A stretch of DNA of 64,000 nt from Felis catus (lineage: Eukaryota). The DNA is taken from positions 109,058,001-109,122,000 of the forward strand of contig NC_058377.1 of assembly GCF_018350175.1 (NCBI RefSeq), in the 5' to 3' direction. The position numbers and the translations under genes are program-made. Positions 27,101 to 41,632 of the stretch are shown in pieces (within the stretch, counting starts at the first letter, position 1; each line of letters opens with the position of its first letter). The notes below the pieces were generated by a model that was not told where the DNA came from, did no database searches, and worked only from the letters and a program-made list of their open reading frames with translations.

Positions 27101-29117
27101 ATCTGCAGCTTCCTGAATGTTCCTTAGTCTTTCAACCTTCTGCCTTTGTACCTGCTGTCCCTGGTGTTTGGACTCCCTTCCCCCATTTGTTCACCGAACA
27201 CCCACTCCGAGTCCAGCCTGACCACCCCACCCCACCCCACCCCCCCACCCCCATCGCTTCTAACGCTGGACCAAGCACCCCAGTAGTCCTGATCACCCTG
27301 GAATATAGTTCACAGTCCTCCCAAGCATATGAGGTCCTCTCAAGCAAGGGCTGTGCCCCAGGCTTCTGGGGCCCCAGTGGTCAGCACGGGGCAGATTAAG
27401 ACACCATCTCTTGGAATGTTTTGGGTGGAGGCATCGTGAACATGGCATTAGCACACTTGGGCATTACCACACTAGGACTCCATTCCAGACTGTTGTGTGA
27501 CCTTGAGCCAGGCCCTGCCCTTCCCTCAGCCTCAGTTTCTCCACCTGTGCAGCAAGCTTCCATCTGGTCCAGTCCCCATGTGTGAATTCCTATCCCACAG
27601 AAGGGTGGGTGGGGGACTCATAAACTGTTGCCCCTGCCCTGACGGGCACGCGCCCCTCTCCCAGATCATAGCCTTTGACGAGCTGCGGACCGACTTCAAG
27701 AACCCCATCGATCAGGGGAACCCAGCGCGGGCAGTAAGTGATACATGTGCTGTGCTGAGGTGTGTCCGTCCGTCTGTCTTTCCATCTGTCGCAGGCGAAG
27801 GGGGGTGGGTGGGGAACGGGAAGAAGGGGGTGTGAGGGGGGGACCGGCGGCTGTGCCCCTTCCTGTCTGTCCCCGCCCCCAGCAAACACCTGGCGCGGGC
27901 TCAGGGCTCGGGTTCCTCCTGGCGGAGCGGCCGTTGCCAGGCTCTGGGCCGTTGCCGTGGAGACGCGGGTGAAGGTCCCTCCATGGCGACGGTTGCCATG
28001 GGGACGGCGCGGCTGCTGTCCTGCCGCAAGCTGCTCTGGCGCCCCCTGGCGGCCACGTGCAGGTCGGCCGGGGACGTGGGGACGTGGGGACGTAGGGACG
28101 GCGGTGGGGGGGGGGGGGGGCACCCCGGGGGGGGGGCCCTATTGCCCGCTCCTCCGCCTCCCCCATGGCGGCCTTTTCCTCCCCCTACAGCGCGAGCGTT
28201 TAAAAAACATCGAACGCATCTGCTGCCTCCTGAGGAAGGTCAGTGTCAGGGCTGGTAGCAGGAGGCTTCTAGCCCAGCTCAGCCCTACTCTCCTGTGACC
28301 CGCACCAGGGCCTTACCCCTCTGGGACCTGCTTGATCAGCTCTGCCACCGGGAGGGAGTGGGAGGCTAGAGACCCCTTTAATCCCGAGGTCACGGTGGGG
28401 AAGGGGGCACCTCCCGAATCCCAGCTCCCCTCTGTGCCCTTGAAGCTGGGGTCTGTCCTGGCACCGGGCAGCTGACCTCTCATNNNNNNNNNNNNNNNNN
28501 NNNNNNNNNNNNNNNNNNNNNNNNNNNNNNNNNNNNNNNNNNNNNNNNNNNNNNNNNNNNNNNNNNNNNNNNNNNNNNNNNNNNNNNNNNNNNNNNNNNN
28601 NNNNNNNNNNNNNNNNNNNNNNNATCCCCCTCCTCTCCCACCTCTGGAAACTGTCCTGGTGGGGCGTGGGGGAGTGAGGTGGAGAAGCAGGGGCAAGATG
28701 GGGGTGGACGCTTTGATGGTGGGCGCTCAGGCCCCTCCTTCACCCCAGGTACTTCCATCGTCNNNNNNNNNNNNNNNNNNNNNNNNNNNNNNNNNNNNNN
28801 NNNNNNNNNNNNNNNNNNNNNNNNNNNNNNNNNNNNNNNNNNNNNNNNNNNNNNNNNNNNNNNNNNNNNNNNNNNNNNNNNNNNNNNNNNNNNNNNNNNN
28901 NNNNNNNNNNTGGCAGTCAGAAGTCAGGGAAGGGATGCTCTAGGTCCCATGCTTCCAATCCTAGGGGTGGTTGGGCCCCAAGTTTCTGCCTTTTTCCCTT
29001 GAGGACCGAGGGCAGCCCAGGGTATGATGGGGGGGTGGCCAGTAGCTGGGCCTACTCAGGATTTGGCTCATTGCCTCATCTCCCCACAGTATGGTTTATA
29101 CGTTGGTGAGTTTCTAA
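23728..29117 (+). CDS. CNIH2: Cornichon family AMPA receptor auxiliary protein 2
   Basis: Visible exons: 27665-27733 ([23 protein letters not shown]), 28191-28238 ([16 protein letters not shown]), 28749 into Ns (YFHR…), 29090-29117 (MVYTLVSF*). Exon 1 and exon 4 are inferred to lie in N-runs 23728-23941 and 28484-28623. The start coordinate given is the gap boundary, not the ATG. Confidence 0.93.
24293..24306. promoter_or_regulatory. Perfect palindromic RFX X-box in CNIH2 intron 1
   Basis: GTTGCCATGGCAAC, identical to the RFX1-3 consensus palindrome. Confidence 0.75.
28039..28052 (-). promoter_or_regulatory. CTCF motif in CNIH2 intron 2
   Basis: Minus strand reads TGGCCGCCAGGGGGCGCCA, a near-perfect match to the CTCF core consensus TGGCCACCAGGGGGCGCTA. 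Confidence 0.75.
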
Positions 29118-29726
29118 GGGGGAAGCCGGCCAGGGAGCAAGCCCAGAATGGACCGGACGCCTGTGCACCCCCAGCCCTGCCCCTCGGCCGCAGAGGCCTC
29201 AGCCCCAGGGAGGGAGGGGGCACTGGTGCCCCCAGCCTCCTCTCCACGCCCCCCCCAAACTGCTGCTGCGGGGACCTCCCGCCTTCAGAGCCCCCTCCCC
29301 TTGGACTAGGGCTGGGCAGAGCTCTAAATAGGGGCAGGGGCTCCTCTGCCAGCCTGTAGGCATGGCAGTCAGTCTTGGAAGGGGTGGAACCTCCAGCCTT
29401 GTCCACTTCGGTGGGGGGGGGGATGGACACGGGCCCTGCCAAGGGGCAGGGCTTGACCCTGGAAGTTCTAGGCCACCCCCCTCCACCCCCACCCTGAGGC
29501 TCCCCCTGCAGGTGGGGGGGTACCCACACCGGGAATGAGCAGGCTCAGCAGGGGGGCAGCCCCACCCCTAGTCTGCCCTCTCCCCTCCCCCAGGCTCTCT
29601 CCCCAGATCTCCCCCTTCCCCATTCCCACTTGCCCCAACCCCAGCCTGTCCTGTCTCTTGGACCTATTTTCTATGTTGCCTGGAGGAGTCCGGCACCCCC
29701 TCCCCGGCCATTTGTGACAAAATATG

Positions 29727-29732
29727 AATAAA
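29727..29732 (+). terminator. CNIH2: CNIH2 polyadenylation signal
   Basis: AATAAA about 610 nt after the stop codon and before the convergent YIF1A 3' end. Confidence 0.8.
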
Positions 29733-30186
29733 CTACTGCAAACACGTGGGCCCCAGTTCTGCTCCTGAAAGGCTTGAAGAGGACATGGGGGCAAAGGGAC
29801 TTATAGGGGACAGCCCTGAGCTAAATCCTCAGGACAGAGGCTCAAACCACTGGCCCATCGAACCCTCCAGGGACCCCCTCAGATGGATCAGAGAGGCCTT
29901 CGAGGTCTCCTTGGCAGCTGCTCCCTTCTGTCCTCACTTTCCTCGTCACGGCCAAACAGCTATTGCTGCTAAAACCCTTCCATCTGCCTTTCAAAGCAGT
30001 ATCAAGACCACCAACTCCAGGAAGCCCTCCCCTGGGTCCCTAGAGCCTGATAAACCCTGGGCAATGGAGACCACCCCCCCCTCCCACCACCACCACCACC
30101 TCAGGCCCCAGGAACAAGGGTCAAATACAATCAAGGAAATCAAATCTTCAATGTATGGAAAAATCAGTGCCAGTGGGAGCCAAAGG

Positions 30187-33100
30187 TCACCGGACCAGGT
30201 GGAAGGTCAGCCAGTATATGATGAGGGGCTGGAAGGCTGCAGCTCCCAGAGTCAGGTAGAGCTGGAGACGCTGCCGGGGAGCTGGGCCCCCCATAGTGTC
30301 GGGGCCCAGGGCTGCTGTTCGCAAAGAGCGCACCTAGAAGAAAGGAGAGAACTGAAGCTGTGCCAGGATGGGGAGGCTCGGCCCCAGCTCCAACCCCGGG
30401 GGAAGAGGCGGGAGGGGCAGCCCCAGACTCACGATGAAGTACATGAGTGAAGACGAAGTCCAGGCCAGTGCCACATAGTAGCCATCGCTGCCGAAAAGCA
30501 GCCCTGTGAGCACACTGAGGATCATCCTGCAGGGGTGTGGGGTGTTGGGAGGGGTGGGGGGAGAGGAGAAAGAAGATGCTGGAGACCTTCCAAGGATCCA
30601 GGCCTGAGACCGGCCCCACCACCCAGCCTAGACCCTGACCACCACCTCTGGGGCCCTTTATCTCCAATCTATCCCCACAGGGTCCTAGACTCAAAATGAA
30701 TCTAGCAGGCCTAGGACTCAGCCCTAGCACCTGGATCTGAGACATCCTTCACGACCCCAGCTCAAGGCCCTTCTCCCCTGTGTTCCCGGAGTGGCTCTCC
30801 ATACATTCTTGATCTAACAACGGTACACAGTTTCCGAGACGAGTGCAGAAGAGTGCAGGGGTACTCACCCCACATATTTGTAGCCGCTGTAGGCTAGCAG
30901 GTGGAAGGTGCTCAGGTCACTGCGCACGGTGGCCAGGTAGACGCCCAGGAGCAGGGCTAGCACCTCCATCACGACCCACACCAGCGCCGTGCTTGCACAC
31001 AGGCCCAGCACTTCTGGGGAGAACCTGTGGCCACGTAGGGGTGGGGGTGGGGGTGAGTTCAGACACCAGCCATCCTGTTTGGCAGGTTGAGCCTGAGGAC
31101 ATGGGGTGGGCTTAGGACCTGCCACAGGTCCCCTGGGGAGGTGAGGAGAGCAGTCAGGAGGGAAAGCTGGTAGGAACGGAGGAGGGCCTTGGCACTGACC
31201 TTTTCTGAATGCCCAGTGCCATCCCAGCCAACAGCACGTAGGTGATGAAGGCCATTGCTGCCAAGAGCCAGAGAGATGCCGTCAGCCTGTTTTCCTCAAT
31301 CAGAACCCCCTAACTAGGTATTTGAGGCCATTTACACTCCCCACTCTCCCTATACTTCCTTCCCTGCATATCCCCTCATGCTCAGCCTCCATAGTCAGCT
31401 CCCCAATACCCTGCCTGCTCAGCTCTCTCTCCCTGTGTAAATGCTACCTGACCCTTCTCTCAGGACCACCAAGCTACCTCCTTCCCTATCCCTGTGCTAG
31501 GAAATTTACCAGCTTCCTGCTGTGACTCTAACTACACCACAGGCCAAGGCCATTGCTAATCCTAGATGAGCTGGCAGGGGCCAAACTGATCTCACACAAG
31601 ACTATAGAACCAAAATACAGGCTTGACGACAACTCGGGCTGTTCCTGGAGTCCAGGCCATGAGGATGACTTCTCCTTACGTCTGGCCATTGGCACTGGCT
31701 ATGGCTCTGGCCATCCTGCCAACATAGAGGGCTCCGGGTTTACCTCTGCTGTTTGCACAAAAGCTCAGAGCCAGTGGGAGCTGGGCTTTCACAGCAACTG
31801 TAACTCCTCAGCCCTGTTCCCTGCCCCCTGAAGCACCAGAACTGATGTGCCCACCAAAGGGCACAGGGTCTGGAGTCAGGAGCCAGCTCTATCACCTATA
31901 AGCTACGTGGCTTCAAAGAGATTCGAGTCTCTCTGATCCTTGGCTTCAACATGGAAAACAGAGATGGCAGGTCCTGCCTTACCAGGTGGCTCTGAGAGAA
32001 AATGGAATGAAGGATGGAAGAAGCTGTGGCCCTCCCAGAGCAACTGGGCTGACTGGCTGCCCTCACTAGCACTGGCTGCCCTAGCAACCCCTCTGAGGGC
32101 TGACCCGGGCACACTCACCCCTACTCTAGGGTACCCACCACGGGCTTCGCCTTGTACAGGCCCCGGGACAGAGAGGAGTCAAATGCAGAGTCTGCCAGCC
32201 GCTATACAACGTGGGCGGCCTGACCCCGTGCCATGTGCCAGGTGGACGGGCGGTTATGGGAGCCCAGAAGGGAGTGATCACTTCCTCAGAGGAGGAAATG
32301 TTGGAGCAGGACTTGGGGGGTAAGTAACAACAATGACAGTAATGATTTAAAGTGTGCTTCCTGCTGAGCACACATCACCTCACTGAAGCTCCACCGCAAT
32401 CCTTTGTGGTAGAGACTGTTGTTATTCCTGGTTTCCGGAAGAATAAAAGTAGCCAGCCTGAGGTCCCATAGCTGGAAGTTGCAGGGCCAGGTCTAAACCC
32501 AGAGCTCCAGGCTGGAGAGGGACATGGTCCCAGTCAAGAGGCAAGAAGGTCTCCAAAGGGAACACCCTGAGGGCACTGAAGGCACAGCCAGGAAATTCCT
32601 CACTGGTCCCCCTACTCTCGCCTACCTGGCGTCTAGCAACCGCCACACACAAAAGCACCAAAAGCAGACGCTGAATCAACGCGTGAGCCTCTCTCTTCTC
32701 ACTGGTGCCTCGAGGCACAGGTCCCCCCACAACTCCCAGCCCAGGTCAAAGAAGACTCACTGGGGATATAGAGGTCAGGGGCGTTGAGATCTTGCCGTGG
32801 TGGTAGAGGCGTGTCGCGACTGTACTGCACTTCCCAGTTCTGGCGGCAGCGGCGGCGGCCAGGTCAGGAGTACAAGATGAGAAGAGAAGAAAGGGCGTTG
32901 AGGTCTGGGGGCCAAACTCTGGGAAAGGATGAGGGAGGCACAGGGCCCCCGCCAGTTCACCTGGTAGGCAGCTCACCTGGTGTGTGTAGGGGAAGACCAG
33001 GAGCCCCAACTTCTTGGCCACATAGGCTGTGTCCACAGCAAAAAAATACTTGAGTTTGTTCACAGACACAAAACGGTGCAGCTGGGAGAGGAGAGAGGAG

Positions 33101-34182
33101 GCTGTGGGCAAGCTGCACACCAAACCTCAGGGTGCTCCAGGGTGTGCTCCTTCCCTGAGGGCTGCTGTGACAATTAGGTGGGATCCCGTGATGCCCCAGC
33201 CCTGGTCAGAAATCTTGCCACCCTTGCCCTGGGGGCAGGCCACACCTCCTTGTGCACCATGTCCTTCCCATGGGATGCGATGGAGCTGCCATAGGCCATA
33301 GCCACGTTGGCCATGGGGTCCCCAAGCAAGTGGTTGACATTGAAGGCCACGTCGGCTCCTGGGGCTGGGTATCCCCCTGGCTGGCTGGAGTAACCACCGC
33401 TTGTGTCATCGAAGAGGGGAGGGGGATCTGGAGCTGCCCGGGCCCTGTGCTTGGAGCCTGTGGGTTTGTAGGTACTAGAGTAGGTGACAGGAATACCAAG
33501 CATGAGCCCAAACCACCACCCCCTCCCCAGACTGCGCAGCCCTGTATGGGTCCTGGGGGCACCAAGCAATCAGTTAGTGAAATACATGCTGGATGGGGAT
33601 AGGTAATCCAGAAAGAACTTTGAAGAAGGACCCTTTCCCAGAGGTGTTAAATGTAGGCAAAGAAAGAGCTAAGGCAGCACCTGGAAGTGGTTGCCCACCT
33701 GGGGGCTTCTGGGGGTCTTCTCAAGGGAAGTGATCTCTGAATTGAGCCTTGGGAGAGTGAGTAGAAGTTTACTAGGTGGAGAAGATAACTGGGAAGGCAT
33801 CCCGCATAAACAAGCGTGGGAAAGAAGACAGCTGAGTACCCAAAGGCCCTGGGCAGTGGTGAGGGCCCCTACCAGGGTCATGACAGGTAAAGAAAGTTCT
33901 GGAGGCAGACTCCGTTTGTGCTGGTCTAGCATGGGCAATCCAGCTGTGCTGTCACCGCCCGATCTCGGGATTGGGCCGAGAGGGCGAAGTCCGGGACGCG
34001 TTGCTGAGTCGCGCAGGGCGAAAACCCGAAAGACACCCGCCGCCCTGGGGAGCGGTCACGGCTGCCCCTCTCCCTCGGGGTGAGAGGGCCGCGCCGCCGA
34101 CCCTCCTCCGGCCGGTCGGGCCGCGTCCCACCCGCCCCGCGCCCCACGCACCGTGGGCTCCGTATCCCGAGTGATAAGCCAT
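30187..34182 (-). CDS. YIF1A: Yip1-interacting factor homolog A, ER-Golgi membrane trafficking protein, 293 aa
   Basis: Minus-strand exons 34182-34152, 33457-33246, 33081-32977, 32839-32761, 31257-31200, 31024-30869, 30526-30433, 30333-30187. They sum to 882 nt, all GT-AG. Translation [30 protein letters not shown]…[33 protein letters not shown]…[10 protein letters not shown]…YSGYKYVG…WLTFHLVR*. Confidence 0.97.
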
Positions 34183-34990
34183 GGCCGCGATGCTGGCTCT
34201 CCCCAGGGGCCCGCTGCGCCGCCTCGTGGGTGAGAATACTAATAAGGCAGCAGCTCCGCACCCTGGGCACCGACTGAGGTTATGGAGAAGCCCGACACGT
34301 CCGCGAGCTCTTCGACCACAGCCGCCATGTCCGCAGCGTTATCCTCCGTCGCCTGCCATTGGCTCCTCGGCGGCGCCAACTCGCCCCTCCCTTCTCCCAA
34401 TTGGCTGCTGGCGCGGCCTCGCTGAATTGGATTCGGCAGTAGTCAACTTCCGGGAGGAGGATAGGCGGAGCAATTCGAGGCACTCTCGGATTGGATGTTG
34501 CGTTTGCTAGTTTGTGCCCAGAACAGCCAATAGTTGGGTTAAAGTAAGAGGGTGTTGAGAATTATTTCCGCGCCTGCGCAGTGGGGCACTTGACGCTCGC
34601 CCTGCCACGACTACACCGGTTGGAGACCTGGAGGAGGCGGGAGTCCGGGAACCAAGTTTCGCTCGCCGGATGTACTCCAGGAGGGGATGGGTCGGTGGGG
34701 TTCTAGCAAGTCCCACCCCTCGGGGCTCCTGCCTCTCCCTCTCAATGCTCTCTTTCCTCTCCCGTCCTCCATACTCCCCCCAGCCCTGGAGCGGAGCCCA
34801 GGCAACCCGCGAGGTGTTAGTAGGAGGCCGCGCCGGGTAGTGACAGCGCGGCCAAGCGAGCCCCGGAAGCTGGCTCCTCCCCCCGCTCCCACCCCTCCTT
34901 CCCGCGCGGGTGCTGTCCGTTGTCCGGTGCTGAAATATCCCACAGCCACTGACGGCTATGCTGCAGACCCCGGGACCCTGCTGCTCTCGA
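33950..34990 (-). promoter_or_regulatory. YIF1A: YIF1A CpG-island promoter with multiple CCAAT boxes
   Basis: ATTGG/CCAAT at 34358, 34397-34404, 34426, 34490 and 34527; NRF1-type GCGCCTGCGCA at 34570-34580; GACGTGTC (minus strand) at 34294-34301. Confidence 0.8.
34909..34934 (-). promoter_or_regulatory. Candidate non-canonical RE1/NRSE (REST site)
   Basis: Minus strand TTCAGCACC-(7 bp)-GGACAGCACC: both RE1 half-sites are intact, with an extended spacer. Confidence 0.6.
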
Positions 34991-35142
34991 GACACACGTA
35001 CACACTACAAATATTGAAAATGCCAGAAGGTCTGAAGTCCCAGAGATTGGGTCTGAGCTCTTGATTGAGGGTCTGGGCTCTTGAGACACACGTACATTAC
35101 AAATATTGAAAAATCCAGAAGGTCTGAAGTCCCAGAGATTGG
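34983..35142. repeat. Local direct duplication of a ~66-bp unit
   Basis: gctctYgagacacacgtaca…acaaatattgaaaa…ccagaaggtctgaagtcccagagattgg at 34983-35050 and 35077-35142. Confidence 0.9.
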
Positions 35143-36405
35143 ATGGTATCGTTCGTTGGGACAGGATCCTGCACCAGTCCTGGCCCGTCAACTCTCCCGT
35201 GGTCCAGCCGATTTAGGGGGTGGAGGTGTGCTGATCCACCTCCTGAAGCTGCAGCTGATACTCCTGAGTCATTGCTGCCCTTGCCGCCCATCTTAAAGTG
35301 AAGCTGGGGTTTCCTTTCTCTCCGCCCAGTTTCTGACCACTCGCACCCTCCTCGGCAACAGTCTTCAGGGGCCTCTCTCACACACTTTCAGCCACCACTT
35401 TCTAGAGAGCAAAATCAGGTCCTCTGCGATCTGCCTCTAGTTAACTAGCCAGTGTCTGGTTACACCAGGTTACTCTCCTACTCTCTGAACACAACCCACG
35501 TGGTCTAATCGCAGTGTCTTTGCTCAAAAGTCCCCTCCACCTGGGATGCCCTTCCTCCTCATATCCATTTGTCGAAAGTCTAGTTATCCTTTAAGAATCA
35601 GTTTGACTTGTGTCTCAGAGAGACAAAGGGAACAGAGGAATGACCTGGCTGGGGGTTGAACCTGGAGGCCGAGTTCTAGGCTCCCTCTGGGAACACCACT
35701 TTGCCCTGTATGTAAATTCCATTAGGACAGGGCCTGTGTCTTTCTCCACTCCTACCCTTGTCTTCACAGTGCCAAGCGCAGTACTTGGATATAGAAGATA
35801 TCCAATAAACATCTGTGCCCAATAAATAAATAATCAATAAATAAATGTAGCCCTGGGTCAGTCCTTTACTCTCTCGACCATTTCAATTACCTCATCTTCA
35901 AATGGGTAGGGATATTAAACTGAATGGTCTTTGAGTTCCCTTTGCAAAAAATAAAAATAAAAATAAAATAAAGTCGAAAAGCACCCCAACCTAGCATTGC
36001 AGTTCCCTGTGTCCCACCAACTGATTGTCTACCTTGAGGGCTAGGTCCAGACCCAGAGGCAGATGGGCTGAGGCCCCTGAGGGCCAGGGAACAACACTGG
36101 GGCCACCACGTGGAATGAGGGTGTCCTCCCATGAAGGACAGATCCCATTCCCCTGTACGTCATGATGAATGCTTGTGCACCTTTCTACTCCCATTTCTCA
36201 GATGGGAAAACGGAGGCTGAGGTGAAAAGTGCAGGCCCAAGGTCACGAAGCTTGGGGCCCTGGGTGTCCTGGCCTGCGCAACCTGCCTGCTCTACGTGAA
36301 GCCCGCACCTCGGGCCAGCAAATGAGGCGTCTCTCACCTTTCTGGGTTGTAACCGCTTTCTCCCCTACACGCAAGGCTTCCGGGGTGGGGTCCAGGTGGG
36401 CTTAG

Positions 36406-40510
<4,105 letters not shown>

Positions 40511-41626
40511 GACCCGCGCGGTCCCCGGAGCGGCCTCCTCCCCGCCGTCCCACCGTGGGCTCCGACGCCCGAGCGGTCGTTGTCCAAGACGGGAGGGAAA
40601 ACAGACCAGCGCACGAGGGGTGGGGGTGGGGCCAGGCCCTTAAACAGACTGAAGGACCGGAGGGCGCGGCCGAAGTTGAGTCTCTGAACTGTCCCAGCAT
40701 GGCTCCCGCCCCCCACCCCCCCCCACGGCCACGTTCCACCCCTGCACTGTCTGGTGATCTGGCTTAGGGCCCTCTCGGGCAGGGCCGGGGGGCGAGTTTC
40801 CAGAGAGCCTGAGATGGGGGACGAGTCCTGGGGACAGCTGTTGCATACAGCGCAGGGCCGCCTCTGGGCTCCGCCCTACGTGGCCGAGGCGCCCTGGGAG
40901 CCCTTGGGCGACCCAGAAGCACAAATTGGTGGTTTGGGGCCATGCCCAGTTGGGCTGGCCTCCACGAACCGGAGGAGCTGGCCGTGGGGCCGCACCGTAG
41001 CCTTGGCCCCACTACTGGCCCGAAGTCCCCCTCCTCCTGCCCTGACAAGCCCTTCGCTGCCTGCCCTCTGGTCTCCGCTGAGGGCCGGTCCCTGATCACA
41101 CTCCGCAGCACAGCCCCTCTACTGGGAGCCCGGTTCTTAGAGCACAGCCCCGTCCCCCCCCCCCCGAGCCCCGAGTTTTTCCCTGGTACACCCTCCCCCC
41201 ACCTCCAGCTCCCCTGTGACCCGGGGTTCCTTCTCAGGGCCCTACCTTAAGCCCACATCCCCTGGTCTCGGCCCCTGTCCCTCACGAAGTCCACATCTGC
41301 CTCTGCCAGCCACGCGCACACACCCCGGGCTTGGCCCTCCCACTGCCCCCACCCCCGACTTCTCTGCTCTTCACCTTCCTGATGACCCACGGGGCCCCGG
41401 GCCACGGGGCATCCGAGGGACCACGGCCTTGGCCACAGCCTCTTGGACGATGCACCTGCTCGGCCATGGAGGCGCCTGCCTCTCCCATCAGTGGGGCCTG
41501 GCCCAGGAGACACCGTCCCTCCTCCAGGGAGGAGAGAGAAGTCCCTTCCCTTCCAAATGGGGTTTCCACCCCCTCTGAGGGGCCGGTGGGGGGAGGGGGG
41601 CGAGGAGGCAGAGAAGATGCAGATAA

Positions 41627-41632
41627 AATAAA
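41627..41632 (+). terminator. TMEM151A: TMEM151A polyadenylation signal
   Basis: First AATAAA after the stop codon, about 1.1 kb downstream. Confidence 0.7.

Noticed and set aside
34983-35142. Repeat-spacer-repeat pattern suggestive of a CRISPR array
   Set aside because: Mammalian DNA, only two copies, unit too long, and no cas genes; it is a simple local duplication.
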